Source of the DNA: Deltaproteobacteria bacterium
GTDB taxonomy: Bacteria > Myxococcota > Myxococcia > Myxococcales > 40CM-4-68-19
DNA: 64,000 nt
NCBI GenBank assembly: GCA_005879315.1
Contig: VBLC01000046.1
Span: 65,424-129,423, forward strand
Direction: 5' to 3'
Shown: positions 33,973 to 42,957 of the stretch, piece by piece
How the letters are laid out: every line of letters starts with the position of its first letter
Position numbering within the stretch: the first letter of the stretch is position 1
Program-made: the position numbers and the translations under genes
Notes under the pieces: generated by a model
Databases searched by the model: none
What the model was told of the DNA's origin: nothing
The model's input: only the letters and a program-made list of their open reading frames with translations

Positions 33973-35448
33973 ATGCGCGCTTGCCTGCTCGCTGGGCTGC
34001 TGCTGGCGCTCGCTTGCGGTGGTGGAAAGGGCGGCGACCCGGCGCAGCCGGATGGTGGACTGGGTTCGGGCGGCGGCTCTTCCGACGGCGGGTCAGGCTC
34101 GGGATCCGGCGAAGTCTTGACGCCCGGTGGCGGCGACTGGGCGCAGTACCGCCACGATCCGCGCGGCGCCTCGGAGAACCGGGGCATCTTTGCGGCCAGC
34201 GAGGCTTCCACGCTCACGCCCGCGTGGCAAACGCCCCTCGAGCTCGGCCCGTATTTCTACACGCAGCCGCTGATCCTCGACGACCTCGTCATCTTCACCA
34301 CCGCCTTCAGCGGCAAGGTGGTCGCGGCCGATCGGCTGAGCGGCGCCCTGCGCTGGTCGCGTGATCTGGGGATGCCGGTTTCGACCGACTGCGCAGGCAG
34401 CAAGAAAGTGGGCTTCTGGGGATCGGCCGCGGTCGTCGGCGACGTCGTCTACGTCGCCGGGCCCGACGGCAACGCGACCGCGCTGCGCCGCTCGGACGGC
34501 TCGATCCTCTGGACGGCGAAGATCGCCGACGGCACCGCGGCGGGCCACGGCGAGTTCGTGCAGTCCTCGCCCGCCGTCTCCACGGCCCTGGGAAAGCTCT
34601 ACGTCGGCGTCGCCTCGAGCGCGCACTGCGACATCATCGGCGGCCGCGTGGTCGCCGTGGACCTCGGCACGCATGCGGTGACGACCAAGTCGCTCGTCCC
34701 GGCAGGACATCGAGGGGCCGGAGTATGGAGCAGCATCACCATCGCAGAGGACGAGAACCGCCTTTACGTCACCAGCGGCAATCGCCTGGGAGACATCGGC
34801 CAGGAGCCTCTGGCGCAGAGCATTCTCGCTCTCGATCCGGGCACCCTGGACGTGCTGGACCATTGGCAGAACCCGACGACCCTGGAAAACAGCGACTTCG
34901 GCTCTTCGCCGACCATCTTCGACGCCGGCGGAAAGAAGCTGGTCGCCGCGACCAACAAGGATGGCTGGCTCTACGTCCTGCGCCGTGACTCGCTCGCCAG
35001 CGGGCCAGCGTGGAAGTACCAGCTCGCCGTCATCGATCCAGCGCTGCCGGACGTCGGCGGCGATCCCACTTTGGGTTGGGGCTCCATCTCCACGCCGGTC
35101 TCCGCCGGCGGGCGGCTCTTCGCCGCAGGCGGACGCACGCCGCAAGGCGAGACGGGCTCGGTGATCGCCTTCGATCCGTCGACCGGACAGACGCTCTGGA
35201 AGCACGTCACTCCCGGGTATGTCATCGCGCCCGCCGCTGCGGCCGGCGAGGTGCTCTTCGTCGAGAGCTCGGCGCCGGACGGAACCGCGGGAACGCTGGA
35301 GGTGCTCGAGCAGTCGTCGGGCAAAGTGCTCAAGTCAGTTCCCGGCTCGGTGGCGATCTTCGGCGCGCCCTCGGTCGGCCACGGCTTCGTCGTCTACGGC
35401 AACGCCCTGGGTCACATCACGGCCCTGGTCGCGCCCAAGTATCGTTGA
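33973..35448 (+). CDS. PQQ-like beta-propeller repeat lipoprotein
   Basis: GGTGGAGGG Shine-Dalgarno, lipobox LLLALAC, Gly/Ser linker, and repeated blades of the type G.VVA.D..SG...W (ADRLSGALRW, RRSDGSILW, DPSTGQTLW). Confidence 0.8.
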   Translation: MRACLLAGLLLALACGGGKGGDPAQPDGGLGSGGGSSDGGSGSGSGEVLTPGGGDWAQYRHDPRGASENRGIFAASEASTLTPAWQTPLELGPYFYTQPLILDDLVIFTTAFSGKVVAADRLSGALRWSRDLGMPVSTDCAGSKKVGFWGSAAVVGDVVYVAGPDGNATALRRSDGSILWTAKIADGTAAGHGEFVQSSPAVSTALGKLYVGVASSAHCDIIGGRVVAVDLGTHAVTTKSLVPAGHRGAGVWSSITIAEDENRLYVTSGNRLGDIGQEPLAQSILALDPGTLDVLDHWQNPTTLENSDFGSSPTIFDAGGKKLVAATNKDGWLYVLRRDSLASGPAWKYQLAVIDPALPDVGGDPTLGWGSISTPVSAGGRLFAAGGRTPQGETGSVIAFDPSTGQTLWKHVTPGYVIAPAAAAGEVLFVESSAPDGTAGTLEVLEQSSGKVLKSVPGSVAIFGAPSVGHGFVVYGNALGHITALVAPKYR

Positions 35449-35471
35449 CCGATGCGTTCTAGAGTGGGCCG

Positions 35472-36692
35472 ATGCCGCCCCTTTCGCGCTCGGCTCTCGC
35501 CGCTGCCGGGCTGATCCTCGTCCTCGCGCTCTGGACCGATCTCTCGCGCTTCCAGGATCCGGTGGGCGACAAGTACGTCCCCCCGATGCCGCCGGGGGCG
35601 GCGGACTTCATCCCTCCTTTCCAGGGAGCGCGCGCGCTGGCGATGGGCCTCGATCCCTACCGCAACCAGCTCGAGGAGCTGCGCGATCCGTGGCGCCGCG
35701 AGGTGATCGTCGACGGCGTGCGCACCAGCCAGTTCTATTTGCCCACGCATCTTCTCCTCTTCATGCCGCTGGTGTACCTGAGCGGCGGCGACCCGCGCCT
35801 CGCCGGGCGGATCTGGTTCGCCGTCAATCTCCTTCTCCTGCTCGCGCTCGCTGCCGTCACGGCCGGGCTCGCCGGGGATGCGCTGGGTCTCGACGCGCCG
35901 GCGCGACTGCCCCTTTTCCTTTTTTGCGTGCTGGCGCTCGCGCTGCACGGCGGCAGCCTCCTTGGGCTCGAGCGCGGCCAGAGCGATTTCCTCAGCGCGC
36001 TGCTCTGCTGGGGCGCAGTCGCCGGCGCGCTGCGCGGCCGGGCGGCGCTGCCGATGTTCCTCGCCACCTTCGCCACGCTGCTCAAGGGCTATGCCGCGCC
36101 CTTCGCGCTGGCGCTCTTTCTCGTCCTCGAGGATCGCAAGAAGCTCCGCGCGCTCGCCGGCGGCGGGGCGGCGCTCCTGCTCTTGCTCTCGCCGGTAGCC
36201 CGCTACCTGCCGGAAGCGCTCGCCAACGTGCGCGTGCGCCTCGAGCAGTCCCCCAAGACGGCCTGGTACAACGTGAGCTTCCGTAATCTCTCGCAAGCGC
36301 TCTGGCCCGGCGCGGAGATCAAGCTGGCCTGGCTGCTGGTGGCGATCGGCATCGCGGCCTCCGTGCTGGCGACGCTGCGCGCGCGCCGCGAGCCCGGCAA
36401 GGCCATGCCGCTCGCGATGATGGCGACCGCCACGCTGGGCACGGTGCTCGGCCTTTCCTCGGTGGCGCACGCCTATGCGCTGGCGTTGGTGTTGCCGGGA
36501 GCGATCCTGCTTGCGCTCGCCCATCCGCCGAGGCTCGCGGCGGCGGCGATCGCCTCCCTCTTCTGCCTCTACAAGCTGCAGCTTTTCTCGCAGAAGCTGC
36601 CGCTCGGCGCGCTCGGGCTCTTCGGGCTGATCGCGCTCGCCGGCGCCTGCGCGATCTGCCAGGGATTTGGCTCAATGAAAAAGGCCGTCTAG
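35472..36692 (+). CDS. polytopic membrane protein, GT87/DUF2029-like (GT-C fold) glycosyltransferase candidate
   Basis: About 10 hydrophobic helices. The early loop DFIPPFQGARALAMGLDPY resembles the DUF2029 acidic-loop motif. Confidence 0.5.
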   Translation: MPPLSRSALAAAGLILVLALWTDLSRFQDPVGDKYVPPMPPGAADFIPPFQGARALAMGLDPYRNQLEELRDPWRREVIVDGVRTSQFYLPTHLLLFMPLVYLSGGDPRLAGRIWFAVNLLLLLALAAVTAGLAGDALGLDAPARLPLFLFCVLALALHGGSLLGLERGQSDFLSALLCWGAVAGALRGRAALPMFLATFATLLKGYAAPFALALFLVLEDRKKLRALAGGGAALLLLLSPVARYLPEALANVRVRLEQSPKTAWYNVSFRNLSQALWPGAEIKLAWLLVAIGIAASVLATLRARREPGKAMPLAMMATATLGTVLGLSSVAHAYALALVLPGAILLALAHPPRLAAAAIASLFCLYKLQLFSQKLPLGALGLFGLIALAGACAICQGFGSMKKAV

Positions 36693-36703
36693 TCTGCTGC
36701 GCC

Positions 36704-38092
36704 GTGGACTTGCGCAGCCTGCCGTCGGTGGACGAGGTCCTGGCGCGGCCCGCGGTGCGCGCTCTGGCCGAGCGGCACGGGCGGGCCGCGGCCAAAGCGG
36801 GGGCCCGCGCGGCCATCGCCGAGGCGCGCTCGCGGCTGCAGGACGGCGGGGTGGCGGACGGCGAGGCAGTGCCCGATGCGCGCGTGCTCGCGCTGATCGA
36901 GGAGGCGGCTGCTCCGCGGCTGCGGCGGGTGATCAACGCCACCGGGGTCGTGCTGCACACCAACCTCGGCCGCGCGCCGCTGCATCCCGACGCGGTCGCG
37001 CGAGTTGCGGAAATCGCTGCGGGCTACTCAAATCTGGAGATCGATCTGCGCTCCGGCCGGCGCGGACACCGCAGCGCCCACCTCGAGCCGCTGCTCTGCG
37101 AGCTCTTCGCGGCGGAGGCCGCGCACGTCGTCAACAACTGCGCGGGCGCGACGCTCCTGGCATTGTCCGCCCTTTCAAGATCGGCCGTGGTGAGCCGCGG
37201 CGAGCTGGTCGAAATCGGCGGGGGATTTCGCGTCCCCGAAATCCTTGCCCAGTCGGGCTGCAAGCTGATCGAGGTGGGCACCACCAACCGGACCCGCATC
37301 GGCGACTACGCCGCGGCGCTCGATCTTGAAAAGGCGGACATCCTCCGGGTGCACCGCTCCAACTTCGCCATCGTCGGATTCACCGAGACCCCCACAGTTG
37401 CGGAGCTGGCCAGACTGGCGCGCGAGCGCGGCGTGCGGCTGCTGCACGACCTGGGCAGCGGCGCTCTCGACCCCGCGCTCGGCGAGCTCACCGCCGCGCA
37501 AAGCCTCCGGGACGGCGCAGACCTCGTCCTGGTCAGCGGCGACAAGCTCCTTGGCGGGCCGCAGGCGGGAATCCTCCTCGGCAAACGCGAGCTGGTGGAG
37601 AAGTGCCGCAAGCATCCGCTCTCGCGGGCGCTGCGCGCCGACCGGATGCTGCTCGCGGGGCTGGAGGCGACGCTGCAGGTCTACCGGAACGGGCGCGGCG
37701 GGGAGTTGCCCGCGCTCGCCGCCATCCACGCCTCGCCCGAACAGATGCGGCAGAAGGCGACGCGGCTCGCCCTCGCGCTGCAGGAGAAAGGGATTCCCTC
37801 GGCTGTGGTCGACTGCATCGGCCAGGTGGGGGGCGGCTCCCTGCCGCTGCGCCAGCTGCCCGGCGCTGGCGTGGCCTTGAACGGCGAGGCGGGACCGCTG
37901 CTCGCCGAGCTGCGTGCGGGCTCGCCGCCCGTCGTTGCCCTCTTGCGGGAGGAGCGCGTGGTCCTCGACGTGCGCTGCGTCGCCGATGTCGAAGAGTTGG
38001 CAGTGGCGGTCGCTTCGGCTGCCGAGAGAGCGAAGGAACGTGCAGCCGGGCTGGAATCCGGTAGACTAGAGGCAGAAGAAGCGGAGGAATGA
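36704..38092 (+). CDS. selA: L-seryl-tRNA(Sec) selenium transferase
   Basis: VINATGVVLHTNLGRAPL and SGDKLLGGPQAGI (PLP-lysine). GTG start. Confidence 0.9.
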   Translation: MDLRSLPSVDEVLARPAVRALAERHGRAAAKAGARAAIAEARSRLQDGGVADGEAVPDARVLALIEEAAAPRLRRVINATGVVLHTNLGRAPLHPDAVARVAEIAAGYSNLEIDLRSGRRGHRSAHLEPLLCELFAAEAAHVVNNCAGATLLALSALSRSAVVSRGELVEIGGGFRVPEILAQSGCKLIEVGTTNRTRIGDYAAALDLEKADILRVHRSNFAIVGFTETPTVAELARLARERGVRLLHDLGSGALDPALGELTAAQSLRDGADLVLVSGDKLLGGPQAGILLGKRELVEKCRKHPLSRALRADRMLLAGLEATLQVYRNGRGGELPALAAIHASPEQMRQKATRLALALQEKGIPSAVVDCIGQVGGGSLPLRQLPGAGVALNGEAGPLLAELRAGSPPVVALLREERVVLDVRCVADVEELAVAVASAAERAKERAAGLESGRLEAEEAEE

Positions 38093-38692
38093 GTGCTTTC
38101 GACGAGCGTCCTGGTCCTCAACCGCCTCTACCAGCCCGTGCATGTCACCAGCGTGCGCCGGGCGCTGATCCTCCTTTACCGCGGCGCCGCCAAGGCCGTC
38201 GACGAGCAGTACCAGACCTTCGACTTCGAGAGCTGGGCCGAGCTGGCCGCGGCCGTCCATGAAGAATCGATCGGCACCACCCGCAAGCGGATCAAGGTGC
38301 CGCGGGTGATTCTTCTACAAGCCTACGACCACCTGCCGCGCGCCCGGGTGCGCTTCAGCCGCCTGAACATCTACGCGCGCGACCGGAATACCTGCCAGTA
38401 CTGCGGCCGCAAGCCGCCGCGCGCGGAGCTCAACCTGGACCATGTCATTCCCCGCAGCCGCGGCGGCGTGACCAACTGGGAGAACGTCGTCTGCTCCTGC
38501 GTGCAGTGCAACCTCAAGAAGGGCGGCCGGACCCCTGAGGAGGCGCACCTGCGGCTGGTTCGGCATCCGGCGCGGCCGCGCTGGACGCCGTTCTTCCGCG
38601 GCCCGCCCCGCACCGGCGCGTTCTATCAGCAGTGGCTGCCGTTCCTCACGCTCTCGGACATGGCGTACTGGAACACCGAACTGGAGGGGTAG
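38093..38692 (+). CDS. HNH endonuclease family protein
   Basis: CQYCGRK...LNLDHVIPRSRGGVTNWENVVCSCVQCNLKK. The GTG starts on the base immediately after the selA TGA, with GGAGG 5 nt upstream. Confidence 0.88.
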   Translation: MLSTSVLVLNRLYQPVHVTSVRRALILLYRGAAKAVDEQYQTFDFESWAELAAAVHEESIGTTRKRIKVPRVILLQAYDHLPRARVRFSRLNIYARDRNTCQYCGRKPPRAELNLDHVIPRSRGGVTNWENVVCSCVQCNLKKGGRTPEEAHLRLVRHPARPRWTPFFRGPPRTGAFYQQWLPFLTLSDMAYWNTELEG

Positions 38693-38716
38693 CGCTCCGC
38701 GCGCTAGCATCCACGC

Positions 38717-38986
38717 ATGGCCGCACTGATCGAGACCCCCGAGGCCGCCAACCGGCTCGCCCGCGCCATCGCCTCCGACCTCTCCCTCTACAACGAGGCG
38801 AAGATCAAGGAAGGCATCGAGAACGACACCTTCTTCTCCGTCCTGCAGGACGAGATTGCCGAGGGGCGCGCCCACTACGAGAGCCGGGTCGACCCGAGGA
38901 TTCTCGGCAGCTCGAACTTCTTCGATCGCGCCCTGGTGGACGTGATTCTGGCGCGCAAGGGGAACATCAAGTCGAAGATCTGGTGA
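38717..38986 (+). CDS. 89-aa hypothetical protein
   Basis: Balanced composition and high GC3. Its stop overlaps the rluD GTG (GTGA). No family recognised. Confidence 0.6.
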   Translation: MAALIETPEAANRLARAIASDLSLYNEAKIKEGIENDTFFSVLQDEIAEGRAHYESRVDPRILGSSNFFDRALVDVILARKGNIKSKIW

Positions 38987-39900
38987 AGCATCGCTTCACT
39001 GCGCGGGGAGGAGAGCGGCTCGACAGGCTTCTCGCGTCGCTTCTGCCGGAGCTGTCGCGCGCGCGGGCGCAGACGCTGATCGAACAAGGACACGTGCTGG
39101 TCGCCGGAAAGCCGGCCAAGGCGTCGATGCGGCCTTCCTCCGGCGCGGAGGTGACGGTCGAGATTCCCCCGGCCGAGCCGCTGGAGCTGATCGCCGAGGA
39201 CCTGGCGCTGCCCGTCCTCTACGACGACGCGCACTTGTTGGTCATCGACAAGCCCGCCGGCATCGTCGTGCACCCGGGCGCGGGAGTGACGCGCGGAACC
39301 GTGGTGCATGGACTGCTCCACCAGGTCCGCGACCTCGCCGGCGTCGGTGGAGAGCTGCGGCCCGGCATCGTGCATCGCCTCGACAAGGACACGAGCGGCT
39401 GTCTGGTGGTGGCGAAGACGGAGCTGGCGCTGCGCGGGCTGCAGGCGCAGTTCAAATCGCGCGCGGTGGAAAAGCGCTATCGCGCGCTGGTCCACGGCGC
39501 GCCGCCCGACGAGCGCGAGCTCGACACGCTCTTCGGCCGCCATCCCGTGCATCGCAAGCGCTTTTCCTCCAAGGTCCGGCAGGGCCGACGCGCGGTGACT
39601 CGCTTTCGCGTGCTGGCCCGCGGACCTGGAGCGGCATGGCTCGAGGTGGAGCTGCTCACCGGCCGGACCCATCAGATCCGCGCGCACCTCGCGGAGGCGG
39701 GCTGGCCGATCTTCTGCGATGCGCTCTACGGCAGGCGCGAGTCCGGCCCTGTCGCGGAAGTGTTGCATCGGCAGGCGCTCCACGCCTTCCGGCTCGCCTT
39801 CGACCATCCGATGACCAGCGCGCGCATCGCTTGCGAAGCCCCGCTGCCGGCGGATCTGCGCGCGGCTCTGAGCTCGCTGGGGTTATCCTCCGCGGTGTGA
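38983..39900 (+). CDS. rluD: 23S rRNA pseudouridine synthase, RluA/RluD family
   Basis: S4-like N-terminus, HRLDKDTSG catalytic motif and GRTHQIRAH. Confidence 0.88.
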   Translation: MKHRFTARGGERLDRLLASLLPELSRARAQTLIEQGHVLVAGKPAKASMRPSSGAEVTVEIPPAEPLELIAEDLALPVLYDDAHLLVIDKPAGIVVHPGAGVTRGTVVHGLLHQVRDLAGVGGELRPGIVHRLDKDTSGCLVVAKTELALRGLQAQFKSRAVEKRYRALVHGAPPDERELDTLFGRHPVHRKRFSSKVRQGRRAVTRFRVLARGPGAAWLEVELLTGRTHQIRAHLAEAGWPIFCDALYGRRESGPVAEVLHRQALHAFRLAFDHPMTSARIACEAPLPADLRAALSSLGLSSAV

Positions 39901-40913
39901 ACCGGTATGTCCCGCTTCTGCTGGCTCGCGCGCGGGCGCTCTTGCGCCTGCCCGGCGGTCCGCCCGACCAGCTGGCGCGGAGCGAGATCAGGCCCGCTGC
40001 GCGGGCGGTGCTCGCTTTGCATGAAGGGCTCGTCGGCGAACGGAATCTGGCGCGGCCGGAGACCTATCGCGGAGAGCACCTGGGCGCGTACTTGCTGTGG
40101 TGGTGGCCGCAGAGCTACCTGAAGACGCAGGCGGCGCTGCGGCTCGCGCCGCTTCCGCTGCCGCGAGCGCCGCGCATTCTCGACGTAGGCGCAGGACCCG
40201 CACCGGCCGCCCTTGCCGCGCTCGATCTGTTGGGTGGCAGCGCCGCCGCTTTCGACGCGAGCAGCGAGGCGCTGGCGGAGGCGCGCGCTCTCGGCATCGC
40301 CGAGACCACGACTTCGCTGCCGCAGGAGCGATTCGATCTCTCGCTCGTGGCCAACGTGCTCTCGGAACTGCCGGCCCCGCTCGATCTGCTGCGGCGCCTC
40401 TCCGGCGTGGTGGTCGTGATCGAGCCTGCCTTGCGCGAGACGGGCCGCGCGCTGCTCGAGCTGCGCGACCAGCTTCTCGCGCAGGGTTTCCGCGCGCTTG
40501 CGCCCTGCCTGACGCAAAAGCCCTGTCCGGCGCTGGCCTCGGCGAAAGACTGGTGCACGGCCGAGGTGGGTTGGACCCCGCCTCGCTACTTCCAGCAGCT
40601 GGCGGAGGCCACCGGCCTGCGCGCCGACGAGATGCTCTCCTTCGCGCCGCTCGTCCTCGCGAAGGAAGCTCCGCCGCCGGAGGCCGACCTCTGGCGCGTG
40701 GTCGGTGCGCCGCAGCCCGAGAAGGGCAAGCAGCGCCTCTGGGTGTGCAGCGATCTGGGCCGCGAGCCGGTCGTGCTGCTCGACAAGCAGGCCGCTCTTG
40801 CCAATGCGGACTTCGCCTCCCTGCGCCGCGGCGATCTGGTCCGGCTGCGCGGCCTGGAACGGCGCGGCGACGGCTTGCGGGTCGTGCCGGGCGCCACCGT
40901 GGAACGATCTTGA
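39897..40913 (+). CDS. Rsm22-like small-subunit rRNA methyltransferase family protein
   Basis: SAM motif ILDVGAGPAPAAL and a C-terminal Cys cluster (CLTQKPCP...WC). GTGA overlap with the rluD stop. Confidence 0.6.
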   Translation: MNRYVPLLLARARALLRLPGGPPDQLARSEIRPAARAVLALHEGLVGERNLARPETYRGEHLGAYLLWWWPQSYLKTQAALRLAPLPLPRAPRILDVGAGPAPAALAALDLLGGSAAAFDASSEALAEARALGIAETTTSLPQERFDLSLVANVLSELPAPLDLLRRLSGVVVVIEPALRETGRALLELRDQLLAQGFRALAPCLTQKPCPALASAKDWCTAEVGWTPPRYFQQLAEATGLRADEMLSFAPLVLAKEAPPPEADLWRVVGAPQPEKGKQRLWVCSDLGREPVVLLDKQAALANADFASLRRGDLVRLRGLERRGDGLRVVPGATVERS

Positions 40914-41875
40914 GGATCATTCTCATCGTCGGTCCGACCGCGTCGGGCAAGACCTCCCTCGCCTGCGAGCTGGCTGAAGAGCTCGACGCCGAGATCGTCT
41001 CGGCCGATTCGCAGCAGTGCTATCGCGGGCTCGACGTCGGCACCGCCAAGCCGATCGCCGAGGAGCGCGCCCGGGCGCCACATCATCTGCTCGATGTCGC
41101 CGATCCGGAGGAGCAGCTCGACGCGGCTCGCTTCGTCTCGCTCGCCGATGCGGCCATCGCCGACATCCGGGAGCGCGGGAAGAAAGTCATCGTCGCGGGC
41201 GGGACTGGACTCTGGATCCGCGCGCTCCTGCAGGGACTGGTGGATGCGCCGGGAGCATCGCCGGAATTTCGCGCGTCGCTGCGGGACGAGCTCGACGCGC
41301 TGGGCGCGCCGGCGCTGCACGCGCGCCTCGCGCAGCTCGATCCGGCGGCCGCGGCGAAAATCCAGCCCAACGATCGCGTCCGCATCGAGCGCGCGCTGGA
41401 GGTGCATGCGTTGAGCGGACGGCGGCTGAGCGAGCTGCAGCGCGAGCATCGCTTCGCGCAGGCGCGCTACCAGGCGCTCTCGATCTTCCTCGACCCGCCC
41501 CGCGCGCTTCTCCACGAGCGCATCGGCCACCGCACGCAGCAGATGTTCGCGAGCGGCGCCCTGCAGGAGGAGACCCGCTGGCTTCTCCAGCGCGGCGCCC
41601 ACAAGGCGCTGAAGATCATCGGGTACGGCGAGTGCGCCGAGGCCTTGCGCACCGGCGACTTCGCCCAGGCCGAAGCGCGCACGGCTGCGCGCACCCGCCA
41701 GTACGCCAAGCGGCAGCGGTCTTGGTTCGCACGAGAGGCGGCGCAGTCGCCGGCATCGGGAGCCGGAGGCACTCCAACCGAATGGCCGATCGACGCAGCG
41801 CGCCTTTGCCAGCGCGCACTGCGATGGTACGAGGGCGCGCCGGAAGAGCAGGGCTCGCTCGCGCAGCGACGATGA
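40910..41875 (+). CDS. miaA: tRNA dimethylallyltransferase
   Basis: IVGPTASGKTSLA P-loop and SADSQQCYRGLDVGTAKP. The TTG start overlaps the upstream stop (TTGA). Confidence 0.9.
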   Translation: MRIILIVGPTASGKTSLACELAEELDAEIVSADSQQCYRGLDVGTAKPIAEERARAPHHLLDVADPEEQLDAARFVSLADAAIADIRERGKKVIVAGGTGLWIRALLQGLVDAPGASPEFRASLRDELDALGAPALHARLAQLDPAAAAKIQPNDRVRIERALEVHALSGRRLSELQREHRFAQARYQALSIFLDPPRALLHERIGHRTQQMFASGALQEETRWLLQRGAHKALKIIGYGECAEALRTGDFAQAEARTAARTRQYAKRQRSWFAREAAQSPASGAGGTPTEWPIDAARLCQRALRWYEGAPEEQGSLAQRR

Positions 41876-42879
41876 AAGGCTCGATGGCCACCTACGCGCT
41901 CGACTTCGAGAAGCCGCTCCTCGAGCTGGAACAGAAGCTGGTCGAGCTGAAGCGCCACGCCGCAACCGAGGGAGGGGCCGACGCGCTGGACAGCGAGATC
42001 CGCCGCCTGGAAAAGCGCTGCACCAGGCTGCAGCAGGAGATCTTCGCGGAGCTGTCCCGCTGGCAGGTCGTACAGCTCTCGCGACATCCCAACCGGCCCT
42101 ACACGCTCGACTACGTGCAGCGGCTCTTCACCGACTTCATCGAGCTGCACGGCGACCGCTCCTTCGCCGACGACGCGGCACTCATCGGCGGCCTGGCGCG
42201 GTTCGACGGCGAGCCGGTGCTGCTGCTCGGACAGCAGAAAGGTCGTTCCACTAAAGAGAATATTCTCAGAAGCTTCGGCATGCCTCGTCCCGAGGGCTAC
42301 CGCAAGGCGCTGCGCCTGATGAAGCTGGCCGAGCGCTTCGATCGGCCGGTGATCGCCTTCATCGACACGCCGGGCGCCTATCCCGGCATCGATGCGGAGG
42401 AGCGCGGGCAGGCCGAGGCCATCGCCGTCTGTCTCGAGGAGATGGCCGCGCTGACCGTGCCGGTGATCTCGGTCGTCATCGGCGAAGGCGGCTCGGGCGG
42501 CGCGCTGGCCATCGGCGTCTGCAACCGGCTCTTGATGTTGCAGTACTCCTGGTACTCGGTCATCTCCCCGGAGTCGTGCGCGGCGATTCTCTACCGCGAC
42601 GCCAGCAAGGGGGAACGAGCCGCCGAGGCGCTCAAGCTCACGGCCCGCGACGCCTACCAGCTCGGCATCGTCGACCAGCTGGTGGATGAAGCGCCGGGCG
42701 GAGCGCATCGCGATCCGGATCTGACGGCGAAGAACCTCGGCGCGGCGCTGCGCCAGCACTTGCGCGAGCTGCGGCCGCTCGGACCCAAGTCGATCGTCGA
42801 GGACCGCTACGCGAAATTCCGCAAGCTCGGTCCGGTCACCGAGCCGGCGCGCAACGCCGCTCCTTCGGCGCGCGACTGA
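41872..42879 (+). CDS. accA: acetyl-CoA carboxylase carboxyltransferase alpha subunit
   Basis: LDFEKPLLELEQK, FGMPRPEGYRKALRLM, DTPGAYPG and GEGGSGGALA. ATGA overlap with miaA (alternative ATG 41884). Confidence 0.93.
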   Translation: MKGSMATYALDFEKPLLELEQKLVELKRHAATEGGADALDSEIRRLEKRCTRLQQEIFAELSRWQVVQLSRHPNRPYTLDYVQRLFTDFIELHGDRSFADDAALIGGLARFDGEPVLLLGQQKGRSTKENILRSFGMPRPEGYRKALRLMKLAERFDRPVIAFIDTPGAYPGIDAEERGQAEAIAVCLEEMAALTVPVISVVIGEGGSGGALAIGVCNRLLMLQYSWYSVISPESCAAILYRDASKGERAAEALKLTARDAYQLGIVDQLVDEAPGGAHRDPDLTAKNLGAALRQHLRELRPLGPKSIVEDRYAKFRKLGPVTEPARNAAPSARD

Positions 42880-42880
42880 C

Positions 42881-42916
42881 ATTGGCCGCTGAGGGCGGCT
42901 CAGGGGGAATGCCAAT
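42881..42916. terminator. hairpin between convergent accA and MBL genes (candidate bidirectional terminator)
   Basis: ATTGGC (42881-42886) pairs with GCCAAT (42911-42916). An inner stem pairs CTGAG (42889-42893) with CTCAG (42899-42903). Confidence 0.45.
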
Positions 42917-42957
42917 CAGTCGAACGCCAGCAGGGGAAGGTTCGCTCAGGTTTGTAC

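Noticed and set aside
31309-35448. A single 1379-aa ORF spanning slt through the PQQ lipoprotein.
   Set aside because: It is a chimera. Only its first ~270 aa after Met 31555 (the Slt N-terminus) and its last 491 aa (the PQQ lipoprotein, with its own Shine-Dalgarno, ATG and lipobox at 33973) look like protein. The middle is junk that parallels the true slt frame 32369..33916.
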